Shown here: one piece after another, positions 17,939-27,091 of the stretch | How the letters are laid out: every line of letters starts with the position of its first letter | Numbering within the stretch: the stretch's first letter is position 1 | From: Acidimicrobiaceae bacterium | Lineage (GTDB): Bacteria > Actinomycetota > Acidimicrobiia > Acidimicrobiales > Bog-793 | Assembly: GCA_027306715.1 (NCBI GenBank) | Contig: DAHUZG010000142.1 | Coordinates: 1-55,490, forward strand | DNA: 55,490 nucleotides | Reading direction: 5' to 3' | Notes under the pieces: model-generated | Told to the model about the DNA's origin: nothing | Databases searched by the model: none | Seen by the model: only the letters and a program-made list of their open reading frames with translations | Position numbers and translations under genes: made by a program

Positions 17939-18862
17939 ATGGGATCAGTGACACACCTCCGCTACGTCGGGATGGCCGTCCCCGACTACGACACCGCGGT
18001 CAACTTCTATCGCGGCGTCTGGGGCCTGTCGGTCGCCGAGACGGACTCCGGGCTCGCCTTCCTCGCCGCCGAGGCCTCGCCGGAGCCCTACGTCTACCGG
18101 ATCCGCCAGGCCGAGGACGGCCAGCGCCGCCTCGACGTCGTCGGATTCAGTGCTTCTGACCGCACGTCGGTCGACGAGCTGGCGGCGGAGCTCGGATCAG
18201 CCGGCATCCGGCTCGTGAGCGAGCCCGACAGCCTGACGACCCCGGGGGGCGGCTACGGCTTCCGCTTCTTCGACCCCGACGGGCGCGTCGTCGAGGTCGC
18301 CGCCGAGGTCGCCGAGCGCCCGTGCCGCCAGCTCGAGGAGCGCGAGGCGATTCCCCTCGGGCTGAGCCACGTCGTGTTCAACACCACCCAGCGCCAGGTC
18401 CTCGAGTCCTTCGACCGGGACCGGCTCGGCTTCAGGCTCTCGGACTGGCTCGGCGACGGGTTCATGAGCTTCTGGCGCTGCGACGCGGCCCACCACAGCG
18501 TCGCCATGATGCAGATGCCGTTCACCTCGGTCAACCACGTCGCCTTCGAGGTCGCCTCGATCGACGACATGCTGCGTGCCTCAGGGCGCGTTCTCGGCGA
18601 TGGCCGGGCGAAGCCGCAGTGGGGCCCCGGCCGGCACTCGGCGGGCGACAACACCTTCTACTACTTCTTCGACCCGGTCGGGAACGTCTCGGAGTACACC
18701 TCCGATGTGCAGCGCGTCCCCGAGGACTGGCAGCCCCGCCAGCACACGACACCCGACGTCTGGCAGGTCGTGCCGATCCCGGACTTCCGCGGGCAGCCGG
18801 ATGCGCCGCCCGAGCAGTTGCCGCAGAGCGATCCGGGCCTGTTCGTCGCCCCGCCGGTGTGA
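17939..18862 (+). CDS. two-domain VOC-family extradiol ring-cleavage dioxygenase (catechol 2,3-dioxygenase-like)
   Basis: ATG at 17939 lies 6 nt after GAAGGAG. There are two glyoxalase/VOC modules (HLRYVGMAVPD.. and GLSHVVFNT..). Length is about 307 aa. Confidence 0.8.
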   Translation: MGSVTHLRYVGMAVPDYDTAVNFYRGVWGLSVAETDSGLAFLAAEASPEPYVYRIRQAEDGQRRLDVVGFSASDRTSVDELAAELGSAGIRLVSEPDSLTTPGGGYGFRFFDPDGRVVEVAAEVAERPCRQLEEREAIPLGLSHVVFNTTQRQVLESFDRDRLGFRLSDWLGDGFMSFWRCDAAHHSVAMMQMPFTSVNHVAFEVASIDDMLRASGRVLGDGRAKPQWGPGRHSAGDNTFYYFFDPVGNVSEYTSDVQRVPEDWQPRQHTTPDVWQVVPIPDFRGQPDAPPEQLPQSDPGLFVAPPV

Positions 18863-18917
18863 GCCGGCTGGTGCCGCCGAGGCCCCGGGGCGGGAGCCGC
18901 CCGGGCTCGCACGGGCC

Positions 18918-19279
18918 GGCAAGGTCGGCGACGAGCCGTTGCTGTTCGCGTCTCGGATGCGTGAGGGTCTGCTCGCAGCCTCGGTAACGATCGGCCTTCA
19001 GGCGATGGCCGAGGTGATGAACGCCGAGGTCACCGAGCTGGCCGGCCCGAAAACAAGGCGCGACAGCGTTGCGCGCCGCCTGCCGCGGCCTTGATGTCTC
19101 AGCGGGCATCTCGTTCGTGCTCGACGGCGGCGAGGCTCTGAAGGATCTGCGCTCGCTCGCCACGAGCCTCGAGAAGCTCAACCCCGACGTGGGGGCAGCC
19201 TTGCGCGAGGGGCTCGACGAGATGTTCACCGTCACCCGGCTCGAGGTGACCGGCACGCTGTTGATGACGCTCGCTGCGC
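18918..19279 (+). mobile_element. decayed IS transposase relic (frameshifted, internally deleted; family uncertain)
   Basis: Two frames carry transposase-like blocks: FASRMREGLLAASVTIGLQAMAEVMNAEVTELAGPK, and GISFVLDGGEALK...PDVGAALREGLDEMFTVTRLEV. The catalytic middle part is absent. Confidence 0.5.
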
Positions 19280-19435
19280 CCGAAGAAGAAGAAAGAGAGT
19301 CGGTCGGAATTCCCCGCAGTAGGCGCGCCAACTGCGCAGCTGGTGAACTCTGCCTAACAAGTATGAACTTGCTACACGTTTACTCCTCTGCTAAAGTGAG
19401 CAACGCCTCTCGATCTATCGAGCAGGAGGGGAAGC

Positions 19436-20515
19436 GTGGATTTCGGTCTGGTTATGACGTTCTCGAATCCAGTCGGCGACATTCCGTGTACCTACCTAGC
19501 CGGCAGCCAGATCGAGCAGGCGGTCCTCGCCGAGGAGCTCGGCTACCAACACGTGTGGACGGCTGGGCACCCTGGGACGAGGATGTATTTTCCGGCCCAG
19601 TTCCCGCTGCTCGGTGCAATGGCGGTGAAGACGAGTCGGATCCGCCTCGGCACCTACATCGTCGCGCTTCCACTCTTCCACCCGCTCCAGGTCGCTGAGG
19701 AGGCGGTAACGATCGACGTAATTTCGAACGGTCGCTTCGATCTTGGCATCGGTGCCGGGAATTTCCTCAATGATTTCGAAGCCTACGGAACAAGACGAGA
19801 ACAGCGTCCTGGCCGGATGGAAGACGGCCTCACGATCATCAGGGGGCTGTGGGGCGACGAAGAATTCTCCTACGAGGGCAAGTACTTTCGCATTCCTCGG
19901 GGATTCAAGCTCCATCCGAGGCCTGTTCAGAAGGAGCTGCCGTTGTGGGTGGCTGGGACGTCGGAGAAGGCGATCGATCGAGCAGCCCGGTTCGGAGCGC
20001 ACTTTGCTGCCACAGGGACCGGCTTCGGCTATTACGAATCGCGGCTGCGCGAGTACGGCTACGACCCGACCACCTTCTCCAAGGCGATCCTGCAGTTCGT
20101 CCATCTGGCGGAGACGACGGAGAAGGCATGGCAAGAGGTGGGAGACGCGGTGATTCGCTGGCTGGAGTACTACAAAGCGGAATTGGTCGAGAAGCATGAG
20201 GACTTCGAGAGCTTCACGCAACTTCCCGGTGGTGCTTTCGGTGTTGACCCGCTACCAGACCCGAGCGACATCGAGAACATGAAGAAGCTCAACTTCCTCG
20301 GCTCACCCTTCATCATCGGCGACCCGCAGACCGCTATCAACTGGGTCAGCAATGCAAGAGATATGGGTGTCACGCACGCCGCGATGTCAATGCAGTTCGG
20401 TGGCCTCCACCCGAAGCTGAGCGAATCGTCGATGCGCCTATTCGCGCACGAGGTGATCCCGGCATTTGCGGGTGAGCAGAGCAATCCCCGATCCGAGGGG
20501 TCGACCGACGCGTGA
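19436..20515 (+). CDS. LLM-class (luciferase-like) flavin-dependent oxidoreductase, paralog 1
   Basis: GTG start after a GGAGGGG SD. AEELGYQHVWTAGH.. and ..GRFDLGIGAGN.. blocks are typical of bacterial luciferase-like monooxygenases. Confidence 0.85.
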   Translation: MDFGLVMTFSNPVGDIPCTYLAGSQIEQAVLAEELGYQHVWTAGHPGTRMYFPAQFPLLGAMAVKTSRIRLGTYIVALPLFHPLQVAEEAVTIDVISNGRFDLGIGAGNFLNDFEAYGTRREQRPGRMEDGLTIIRGLWGDEEFSYEGKYFRIPRGFKLHPRPVQKELPLWVAGTSEKAIDRAARFGAHFAATGTGFGYYESRLREYGYDPTTFSKAILQFVHLAETTEKAWQEVGDAVIRWLEYYKAELVEKHEDFESFTQLPGGAFGVDPLPDPSDIENMKKLNFLGSPFIIGDPQTAINWVSNARDMGVTHAAMSMQFGGLHPKLSESSMRLFAHEVIPAFAGEQSNPRSEGSTDA

Positions 20516-20752
20516 AAAAGATCTTCTCTCGAAAAGACGACCGGGGGTGATCTGGCGAACGGCGATCCCCAGCAGTGGCGGGAGAGGATCCTCACGAAGG
20601 TCTACGGACACGCGGATCGTTCTCTCCGGACGTGTCATCGGACGGAACATGCCCTGGCTCCTCGACTCCCCACCGAGCCGCGGAAGCGATCCAAACATGG
20701 GTTCGTCGTGGGACCGCCCGGACAGCTCTTCTGACGCCTGAGGAGGCACAGC

Positions 20753-21865
20753 GTGAATTTCGGGGTCACATTCGGATTCGCCAACCTCAAGCCTGGCCAG
20801 ATCCCCAGCGCGCGTCTGTTTAAGAGCCAAATCGATCTTGCCGTTCTTGCGGAGGAGCTCGGCTTCGACCACATTTGGACTGCCGGACATCCTGCAACCG
20901 ATATGTACTGCCCTGCGCAGTTTCCACCCCTCGCAGCGATTGCCGCTCGTACCAACAGGATCCGGCTCGGCACATACATCGTGGCGCTACCGCTGTACCA
21001 TCCGCTCCAGGTGACCGAGGAAGCGGTCACGCTGGACGTACTCTCCGACGGGCGATTCGATCTCGGAGTCGGTGCTGGCAACTTCCTCCATGAGTTCGAG
21101 GCGTATGGAGTATCGCGGCGCGAACGTGCTGGGCGCATGGAGGAGGCGCTGACGATCATCCGCGGCTTGTGGACCGAAGAGTCCTTCTCCTTCGAGGGGA
21201 AGTATTGGCGAATTCCTCCCTTCTCGTTAAACCTGCGACCGGTTCAGGCGAACCCTCCGCTGTGGTGTGCAGCAACGGCCGAGGCTGCGTTCGACCGGGC
21301 CGCTCGCCACGGGTGTCACCTCGCTGGTACCGCAACTGGCTTCGACTACTACGAATCGCGACTGCGGGAGCATGGGCACGATCCCGCCGATTTCTTCAAG
21401 GGGATGCTCCAGGTCGTTCACCTCGCCGAGAAGACCGACGAGGCTTGGGAGCGGGCAGCGCCATCGATCCTCGCCCGAGTCCACCGCTACAAGCGCGAAT
21501 TCGACGCACACGACGACTTCGAAGTCTTCCGCCGTCAGCCGGGTGGTTACTTCGGTGTCGACCCCCTGCCCGACTCGGTCGACGACATCGACAAGATCCG
21601 CAGACTTCACTTCCTCGGCGCCCCGTTCGTCGTTGGCAGCCCCGAGGATGTTCGCCGAGCAGTAGAGAGTGCCCAGGACAAAGGCGTTACCCACCTCATC
21701 ATGAACATGGCGCCTCCGAGGCTCGACCCGCGCCTGACCGAGCACTCGATGCGCCTGTTCGCTCGTGAGGTCATGCCGGCGTTCCGGAAGCCCAGGACCG
21801 ATTCTGCGTTGCGACACGAGGCGGACAGAGGCACCCCCGACGCGGCAGTTCCCTTGAGGCGCTAA
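20753..21865 (+). CDS. LLM-class (luciferase-like) flavin-dependent oxidoreductase, paralog 2
   Basis: GTG start after a GAGGAGG SD. It is collinear with 19436-20515, with more than half of positions identical by eye. Confidence 0.85.
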   Translation: MNFGVTFGFANLKPGQIPSARLFKSQIDLAVLAEELGFDHIWTAGHPATDMYCPAQFPPLAAIAARTNRIRLGTYIVALPLYHPLQVTEEAVTLDVLSDGRFDLGVGAGNFLHEFEAYGVSRRERAGRMEEALTIIRGLWTEESFSFEGKYWRIPPFSLNLRPVQANPPLWCAATAEAAFDRAARHGCHLAGTATGFDYYESRLREHGHDPADFFKGMLQVVHLAEKTDEAWERAAPSILARVHRYKREFDAHDDFEVFRRQPGGYFGVDPLPDSVDDIDKIRRLHFLGAPFVVGSPEDVRRAVESAQDKGVTHLIMNMAPPRLDPRLTEHSMRLFAREVMPAFRKPRTDSALRHEADRGTPDAAVPLRR

Positions 21866-22039
21866 TGCGCGAGCCTAGAAAGTGTCTCATGGAGCAGTAC
21901 GGAGCATCTCCACATGCGGCTTGGGGCGCTGGCCCAGTTCGGAGCGGATTCACGCCACGTTTGATCAGGGGCGTGGTCCTGCAGTGGTTGGTCGCCCCGA
22001 TCGTCGCCCGGTCGCTCGAGAGGCGGGGGAGGTGATGCT

Positions 22040-22843
22040 ATGAGCCGCCTCGTCGAGTACGAGCGTACCGACGGAATCGTGACCATCACGCTCAACCGAC
22101 CGGAGAAGTTGAATGCCCTGAGTCCCGAGATGCTGCGCGAGCTGTGTGATGCGTGGACCCGGTACCGGGACGATGGGGAGGCGAAGGTTGCCATCTTCAC
22201 CGGTGCTGGCCGGGCGTTCACCGCCGGTGCTGATCTGAGCTGGTTCGAGCGCTCCCTCGAGGGTGAGGATCACCTCGGTCCGTTTCTCGACGTGGTCCAG
22301 AGCAACCCTTACTGGTCGGGCCGACTCGACAAGCCGACGATCGTGGCCGTAAAAGGTTGGGTGATCGGCGCCGGCTTCGATCTCGCTCTCCGTGCCGATC
22401 TGAGGGTCGCCGCCGAGAGCGCCACCTTCTGGATGCCCGAGGTGGGGCGCGGGAACATCGTCCCCATCTGGGACAACGTCCCCTACGCGATCGCTGCGGA
22501 GATCATGAGCGGCTTCCCGATTCCAGCACGTCGCGCCTACGAGGTCGGCCTCGTCAACCGGCTCGTCGGGGACGACGCCCTGCTGGACACGGCGGGGGAA
22601 TTGGCAGAGGAGCTGGCCTCCCGCCCTGTGCCCGTGCTTCGCCACGCCTTGAGAACGATCCGGGAGTTGAAGAACTCCCCCTTCGGCGTCTCTCTCGAGT
22701 CGATGCGACTCTACACGAACGAGCTGTCGAAGAACCTGATGACGACAGAGCAGCGGAAGCAGGCAGTCGACGCCTTGCTGGCTGCGAAGCGAACTGATTC
22801 TCAAAGATCTGAGCGACAAAGTGTTGATCCCAAAGGAGCATGA
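22040..22843 (+). CDS. enoyl-CoA hydratase/isomerase (crotonase) family protein
   Basis: ITLNRPEKLNAL..FTGAGRAFTAGADL oxyanion-hole region. The stop abuts the hyuA-like start. Confidence 0.85.
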   Translation: MSRLVEYERTDGIVTITLNRPEKLNALSPEMLRELCDAWTRYRDDGEAKVAIFTGAGRAFTAGADLSWFERSLEGEDHLGPFLDVVQSNPYWSGRLDKPTIVAVKGWVIGAGFDLALRADLRVAAESATFWMPEVGRGNIVPIWDNVPYAIAAEIMSGFPIPARRAYEVGLVNRLVGDDALLDTAGELAEELASRPVPVLRHALRTIRELKNSPFGVSLESMRLYTNELSKNLMTTEQRKQAVDALLAAKRTDSQRSERQSVDPKGA

Positions 22844-24946
22844 GTGATGAGCTTGCGAGTCTCGGTCGACAGTGGTGGCACGTTCACCGACGGGATCTTG
22901 ATCGACGAGCACGGCAGCGTCGCGACTGCGAAGGCGCACACGACGCCGAAAGACCTCACGCTGGGCACGATGGAGTGCCTCTCGCGCCTCGCTTCGGCCT
23001 ACGGCATCACTCGCGGTGACTTGCTGGCAAAGACGAGCACCATCGTCCACGGCACGACGCTTGCCACCAATATCGTAGCGACGAGCTCGGGTGCACGCTT
23101 AGGAACAATCGCTACGAGAGGCTACCGGGACCGCTTGAGCTTTCTGCACGTCGCCAAGGCAGATTTGAAAGGTGACATCCGAGAGGCCGAAGCCGACCTG
23201 TTCGACTTCCGGAGGAAGTACCCGGAGCCGCTCACCCCTCGCCGGCTGACGACCGAGGCGGACGAGCGGCTGAATTACAAGGGTGAGGTGCTCATACCCC
23301 TCGATGAGGAGAGCGTCCGGAAGGCAGTCGCTTACCTCAAGGAGCGAGAGGTTGAGGCGATCGCGGTACTCTTCCTCTTCTCGCACCTGAATCCGGCACA
23401 CGAGCTGCGCACGGGAGAGGTCATCAAAAAAGAGTGGCCCGAGGTGCACGTCTCACTCTCGCACCAGGTGCTGCCCGTATGGGGCGAGGTCGGGCGCTGG
23501 AGCACGACGAGCTTCAGTGCGTACGTCGCGCCGAAGGTGATCGACTACGTGTCGCGGATCGAGAAGCTGCTCCAGCAGAAGGGCTTCGCTGGAGAGCTTC
23601 TCTTCATGCAGTCGAACGGTGGCGTCGCGACGCCGGAGATCATCTGCGAAAATCCCGCTACTCTGCTCGCCTCGGGACCGGCCGCGGGCCCTTCGTTGGG
23701 GTTAGCCCTGGCCCGATCCCACGGTGCCGAGGACCTACTTTCGGTCGACATGGGCGGAACCAGCTTTGACGTGGCCGTCGTTCCCGAGGGGAGGGTCAAT
23801 GTGACCCAAAAGATGGTGGTCGAGGGAAAGCGTTACGCCCTGCCTTCGGTAGACGTGAACGCGGTAGGTGCGGGTGGTGGCTCGATCGCCTGGCTCGACC
23901 CGAGCGGCCGTCTCCAGGTTGGTCCGCAAAGCGCCGGCGCCTACCCAGGTCCCGCCTGCTATGGATTCGGGGGAACCGAGCCTACTGTCACCGACGCCGA
24001 CGTCGTGCTCGGTTACATCGATCCGGACTTCTTTATGGGCGGCGAGACGCGTCTGCACAAGGACCTGGCCGAACGGGCGATAGAGCAGCAAATTGCAGAA
24101 CCGCTGGGACTGTCGCTCGAAAAGGCAGCTGCAGCGATTTACGACGTAGTGAACGCGAAGATGGCTGGAGCGATCGGCGTCGTGTTCACGCGGCGGGGCT
24201 ACGACCCGCGCGACTTCGTGATCTGTTGCGGTGGAGGCGCTGGCGCTGTGCACGGGGCGCGGTTGATGCAGGAGCTCGGGATCAAGGACCTGCTCGTGCC
24301 AAAAGTGGCTCCGGTCTACTGCGCCTTCGGGATGATGTACGCCGATCTCCGTCACAACTTCACTCGCCCGTATCTCGCCGAGTCGACGAAGGTGGATCTC
24401 ACGAGGATCAACGATCTTTACCAGGTGATGGAGCAAGAAGTCGTCGAGATCCTCGAGCGAGAAGGTGTCGCTCGCGAGGACATGGTGATCGAGAAGACGA
24501 TCGACATGCGCTACTACGGGCAGGTTCGAGAGCAGACAGCAGACATGCCTCCGGGTATGGTCACAGAAGAGACGTTCGGAGTAGCTCAGTCGAACTTCCA
24601 CCAGAAGCACCGTACGGTGATCGGCTATGCCGACCAGAGCTACCCCACCGAAGTGGTCCGGCTCCATCTGGCCGGAACGGCAAAGGTCAAGCCGCCGGAA
24701 CCGCAGAAGGTATCGATAGATGGCGCCAACGCGGCGCGGACCCTGAAAGGCATACGGCCGGCATTCTTCAGCGAGTTCGACGACTTCGTCGATACGAGGA
24801 TCTACGACGGGAACCTTCTCAGTGCTGGCACCTCGCTCGAAGGGCCCTGCATCGTAGAAGAGCCGATGACCACCGTGGTGATCCCGCCGACGCTGATCCT
24901 GAGCGTGGACGAGTTCGGCAATTACACGACGATGACGAAAGGGTGA
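22844..24946 (+). CDS. hydantoinase/oxoprolinase A-type subunit (acetone/acetophenone carboxylase beta-like)
   Basis: 700 aa. The N-terminal VSVDSGGTFTDG ATPase motif and VDMGGTSFDV are present. Confidence 0.9.
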   Translation: MMSLRVSVDSGGTFTDGILIDEHGSVATAKAHTTPKDLTLGTMECLSRLASAYGITRGDLLAKTSTIVHGTTLATNIVATSSGARLGTIATRGYRDRLSFLHVAKADLKGDIREAEADLFDFRRKYPEPLTPRRLTTEADERLNYKGEVLIPLDEESVRKAVAYLKEREVEAIAVLFLFSHLNPAHELRTGEVIKKEWPEVHVSLSHQVLPVWGEVGRWSTTSFSAYVAPKVIDYVSRIEKLLQQKGFAGELLFMQSNGGVATPEIICENPATLLASGPAAGPSLGLALARSHGAEDLLSVDMGGTSFDVAVVPEGRVNVTQKMVVEGKRYALPSVDVNAVGAGGGSIAWLDPSGRLQVGPQSAGAYPGPACYGFGGTEPTVTDADVVLGYIDPDFFMGGETRLHKDLAERAIEQQIAEPLGLSLEKAAAAIYDVVNAKMAGAIGVVFTRRGYDPRDFVICCGGGAGAVHGARLMQELGIKDLLVPKVAPVYCAFGMMYADLRHNFTRPYLAESTKVDLTRINDLYQVMEQEVVEILEREGVAREDMVIEKTIDMRYYGQVREQTADMPPGMVTEETFGVAQSNFHQKHRTVIGYADQSYPTEVVRLHLAGTAKVKPPEPQKVSIDGANAARTLKGIRPAFFSEFDDFVDTRIYDGNLLSAGTSLEGPCIVEEPMTTVVIPPTLILSVDEFGNYTTMTKG

Positions 24947-24951
24947 GGGAA

Positions 24952-26781
24952 ATGGCGGCCGCGCAGATGCAAGCACCGACGGCGACCAGGGCGGCTGTCG
25001 TCGACCCGACCACGTTGTCTGTAGTCTGGAACCGCTTCGAGCACATCCTGGCTGAGATCGGAGACAAGGCACTCTACGCGACGCAGTCCTTCGTGATGGC
25101 GAACGTTCGCGACCTCGGCCAGAGCCTGCTCGATCCACGAGGCGACATCGTGGCTGTCGCCGCATATGTGCCGATACATGTCTTCACGGCAGAGGTATCG
25201 GTGAAGTCCTTCCTGCAGAAGTTCGAGGGCGACTTTCACCCTGGTGACTTCTTTCTCGGGAATGATGCTTACATCATCCGAAGCGGCCACCTCCCGGACT
25301 GGACGCTCCTGCGGCCGATCTTCTACGAAGACGAGCTATTCGGGTTCTTCCAGTTCCGGGGCCACATGGCCGACACGGGTGGTTTCCTGCCGGGAGGCTA
25401 TGCGCCGGGCGCCTACGACATCATCGCGGAGGGCTTGAACATCCCGCCGATCCGGATCATCAAGGAGGGCGTGCTCGACGAGGAGCTGTGGGGCCTGGTC
25501 AAGCGGAACATCCGCAACTCGGACGTGGTCGAGATGGACGTCTTCAACGTGAACGGTGCCATGGCTCAGGGCGAGGCCGAGCTGAGCCGCCTACTTGACA
25601 AATATGGCATCGAGACCGTGAAGCAGTGCATGGAGGAGATGCTGGCATCTGGCGAACGGGCTGCACGGGCCCAGATCGCAACAATGCGGGATGGTGTCTA
25701 CTACGGAGAGTCAGGGACAGACTGGGACGGCCAGACGGACAAACCGGTCAACGTGCAGGTCAAGCTCACTATCGAAGGGGACGAGATGACATTCGACCTC
25801 TCCGAGAGCGATCCTCAGTGCTCGTTCATCAACCTCCCATGGGGGACGACCGTCTACTCGTGCATGGAGGCCGTCTATTCGATGCTCGACCCGCATGTCC
25901 CGAAGAACAGCGGCAGCATGCGCCCGGTTCACGTGGTGGCAAAGGAGGGTACGGTGGTGAACCCCACCTACCCGGCCACGGTGGGCGCTTCGCAGATCAC
26001 GATCAGCGTGCCGCTGGTCGACGCATGCTGGGAGGCCCTCGCGCAGCTGCTACCCGAGCGAGCAATGGGTGGCTATTGTCGACACCACTGCCCGATCAAT
26101 ATCGGCATGGACCCTCGCGTGATCGACCCGCGTACCGGGACTGTGAAGCAGTACTTCGGAGAGACGTTCGCGAGCGACGGCAGTGGCGGTGCTATGAGTG
26201 GCTTCGACGGCTGGCAGGGCGTCGGGAACTACCGCTTCGTTGGCTGCATGGTAAGGCCGGACATGGAGGTCTTTGAGACGCAGATCCCCTATCGCGTGAT
26301 GCGCTACGAGCTCCTCCAGGACTGGGAGGGAGCGGGGGAGTACCGCGGGGGGCCCGGCGTATACCTCGAGATGGTCTGCAATGAAGACTTGCCGCCGGAC
26401 GCAGCGACCCTCCTTCAGACCGGTAACAGCGATGGAATGCGCTTCGCGCCAAAGGGCGTCGCGGGCGGCGGAGACGGGCGCCTGAACGAGATGTGGATCG
26501 GGAACCCTCTGTCCGGGGAGCGGCGGCGGCTCCCGACGATGAGCCTCGAGCACGTCGCGCCGGGTGAGATCGTCTATCACTGGTCCTCGGGAGGAGGTGG
26601 CTGGGGAGATCCGCTGAGCCGTGCGCTGGCGAGCGTGCGGGAAGATGTCATCGAGGGCTTGGTCTCGCTCACGCGCGCTCGCGATGTCTACGGCGTTGTC
26701 GTCGACGAGGCGACGATGGAGGTCGACGAGCAGGCGACCGAAGTGCTGCGCAAAGACATCAAGGCAAAGAGAACTTTGTAG
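24952..26781 (+). CDS. hydantoinase B/oxoprolinase-type subunit, paralog 1
   Basis: ATG at 24952, 5 nt after the hyuA-like stop. DPTTLSVVWNRFEHI.., ..FQFRGHMADTGG.. and C-terminal GGGGWGDPL. The ORF-track extension back to 24226 overlaps hyuA out of frame. Confidence 0.9.
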   Translation: MAAAQMQAPTATRAAVVDPTTLSVVWNRFEHILAEIGDKALYATQSFVMANVRDLGQSLLDPRGDIVAVAAYVPIHVFTAEVSVKSFLQKFEGDFHPGDFFLGNDAYIIRSGHLPDWTLLRPIFYEDELFGFFQFRGHMADTGGFLPGGYAPGAYDIIAEGLNIPPIRIIKEGVLDEELWGLVKRNIRNSDVVEMDVFNVNGAMAQGEAELSRLLDKYGIETVKQCMEEMLASGERAARAQIATMRDGVYYGESGTDWDGQTDKPVNVQVKLTIEGDEMTFDLSESDPQCSFINLPWGTTVYSCMEAVYSMLDPHVPKNSGSMRPVHVVAKEGTVVNPTYPATVGASQITISVPLVDACWEALAQLLPERAMGGYCRHHCPINIGMDPRVIDPRTGTVKQYFGETFASDGSGGAMSGFDGWQGVGNYRFVGCMVRPDMEVFETQIPYRVMRYELLQDWEGAGEYRGGPGVYLEMVCNEDLPPDAATLLQTGNSDGMRFAPKGVAGGGDGRLNEMWIGNPLSGERRRLPTMSLEHVAPGEIVYHWSSGGGGWGDPLSRALASVREDVIEGLVSLTRARDVYGVVVDEATMEVDEQATEVLRKDIKAKRTL

Positions 26782-26839
26782 GGGCTGGACTCGATGCAGA
26801 CGCGCCCGACGGTGGGCGGGACGGGAAAGGGAGCGTGAG

Positions 26840-27091
26840 TTGCGTACGGTGAGTGTGACGCGGAGCGCGCCAGAAAAGGTCGTCTACCCTCCTGGCCCGA
26901 GTGGTGACAGGTGGGCCGACTCGCTGGACCGTGCCCCTGAGCGGGTGCGGGCTGATGTCCTGGAGGGCCTCGTTTCGCTCGGTCGGGCGCAGGAGGTTCG
27001 CAGCGTGGTCCTCAGCGACGCCACTCTCGCTGTAGGTGTCGGCGTGCCCGTCCTCCGGCCGGTCGCGCTCGGAGCGGGACCGGACGTATGA
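26840..27091 (+). pseudogene. relic of a hydantoinase-B C-terminus (possibly still a small coupled ORF)
   Basis: The 83 codons EKVVYPPGPSGDRWADSLDRAPERVRADVLEGLVSLGRAQEVRSVVLSDATL align with the last ~55 residues of both HyuB paralogs (..GGGGWGDPLSRALASVREDVIEGLVSLTRARDVYGVVVDEATM). The GGGGWG motif is degraded. There is a TTG start with an upstream GGGAAAGGGAG, and the stop overlaps the next start (ATGA). Confidence 0.55.

Noticed and set aside
24226-24951. 5' extension of the HyuB ORF (851 aa in the ORF track). Analogous N-terminal extensions occur at 36975-37271, 38041-38394, 6843-7358, 15326-15739, 16423-16569, 53160-54056 and 46620-46994.
   Set aside because: The extensions overlap the preceding gene in another frame and are Arg/Pro-rich. 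Family-typical N-termini with SD sequences occur at the internal starts I chose.
21965-25165. 361-aa and 476-aa minus-strand ORFs inside the island (21965-23050 and 23735-25165).
   Set aside because: They are antisense to the crotonase, HyuA and HyuB genes, which have unmistakable motifs. Their translations have no recognisable domains.
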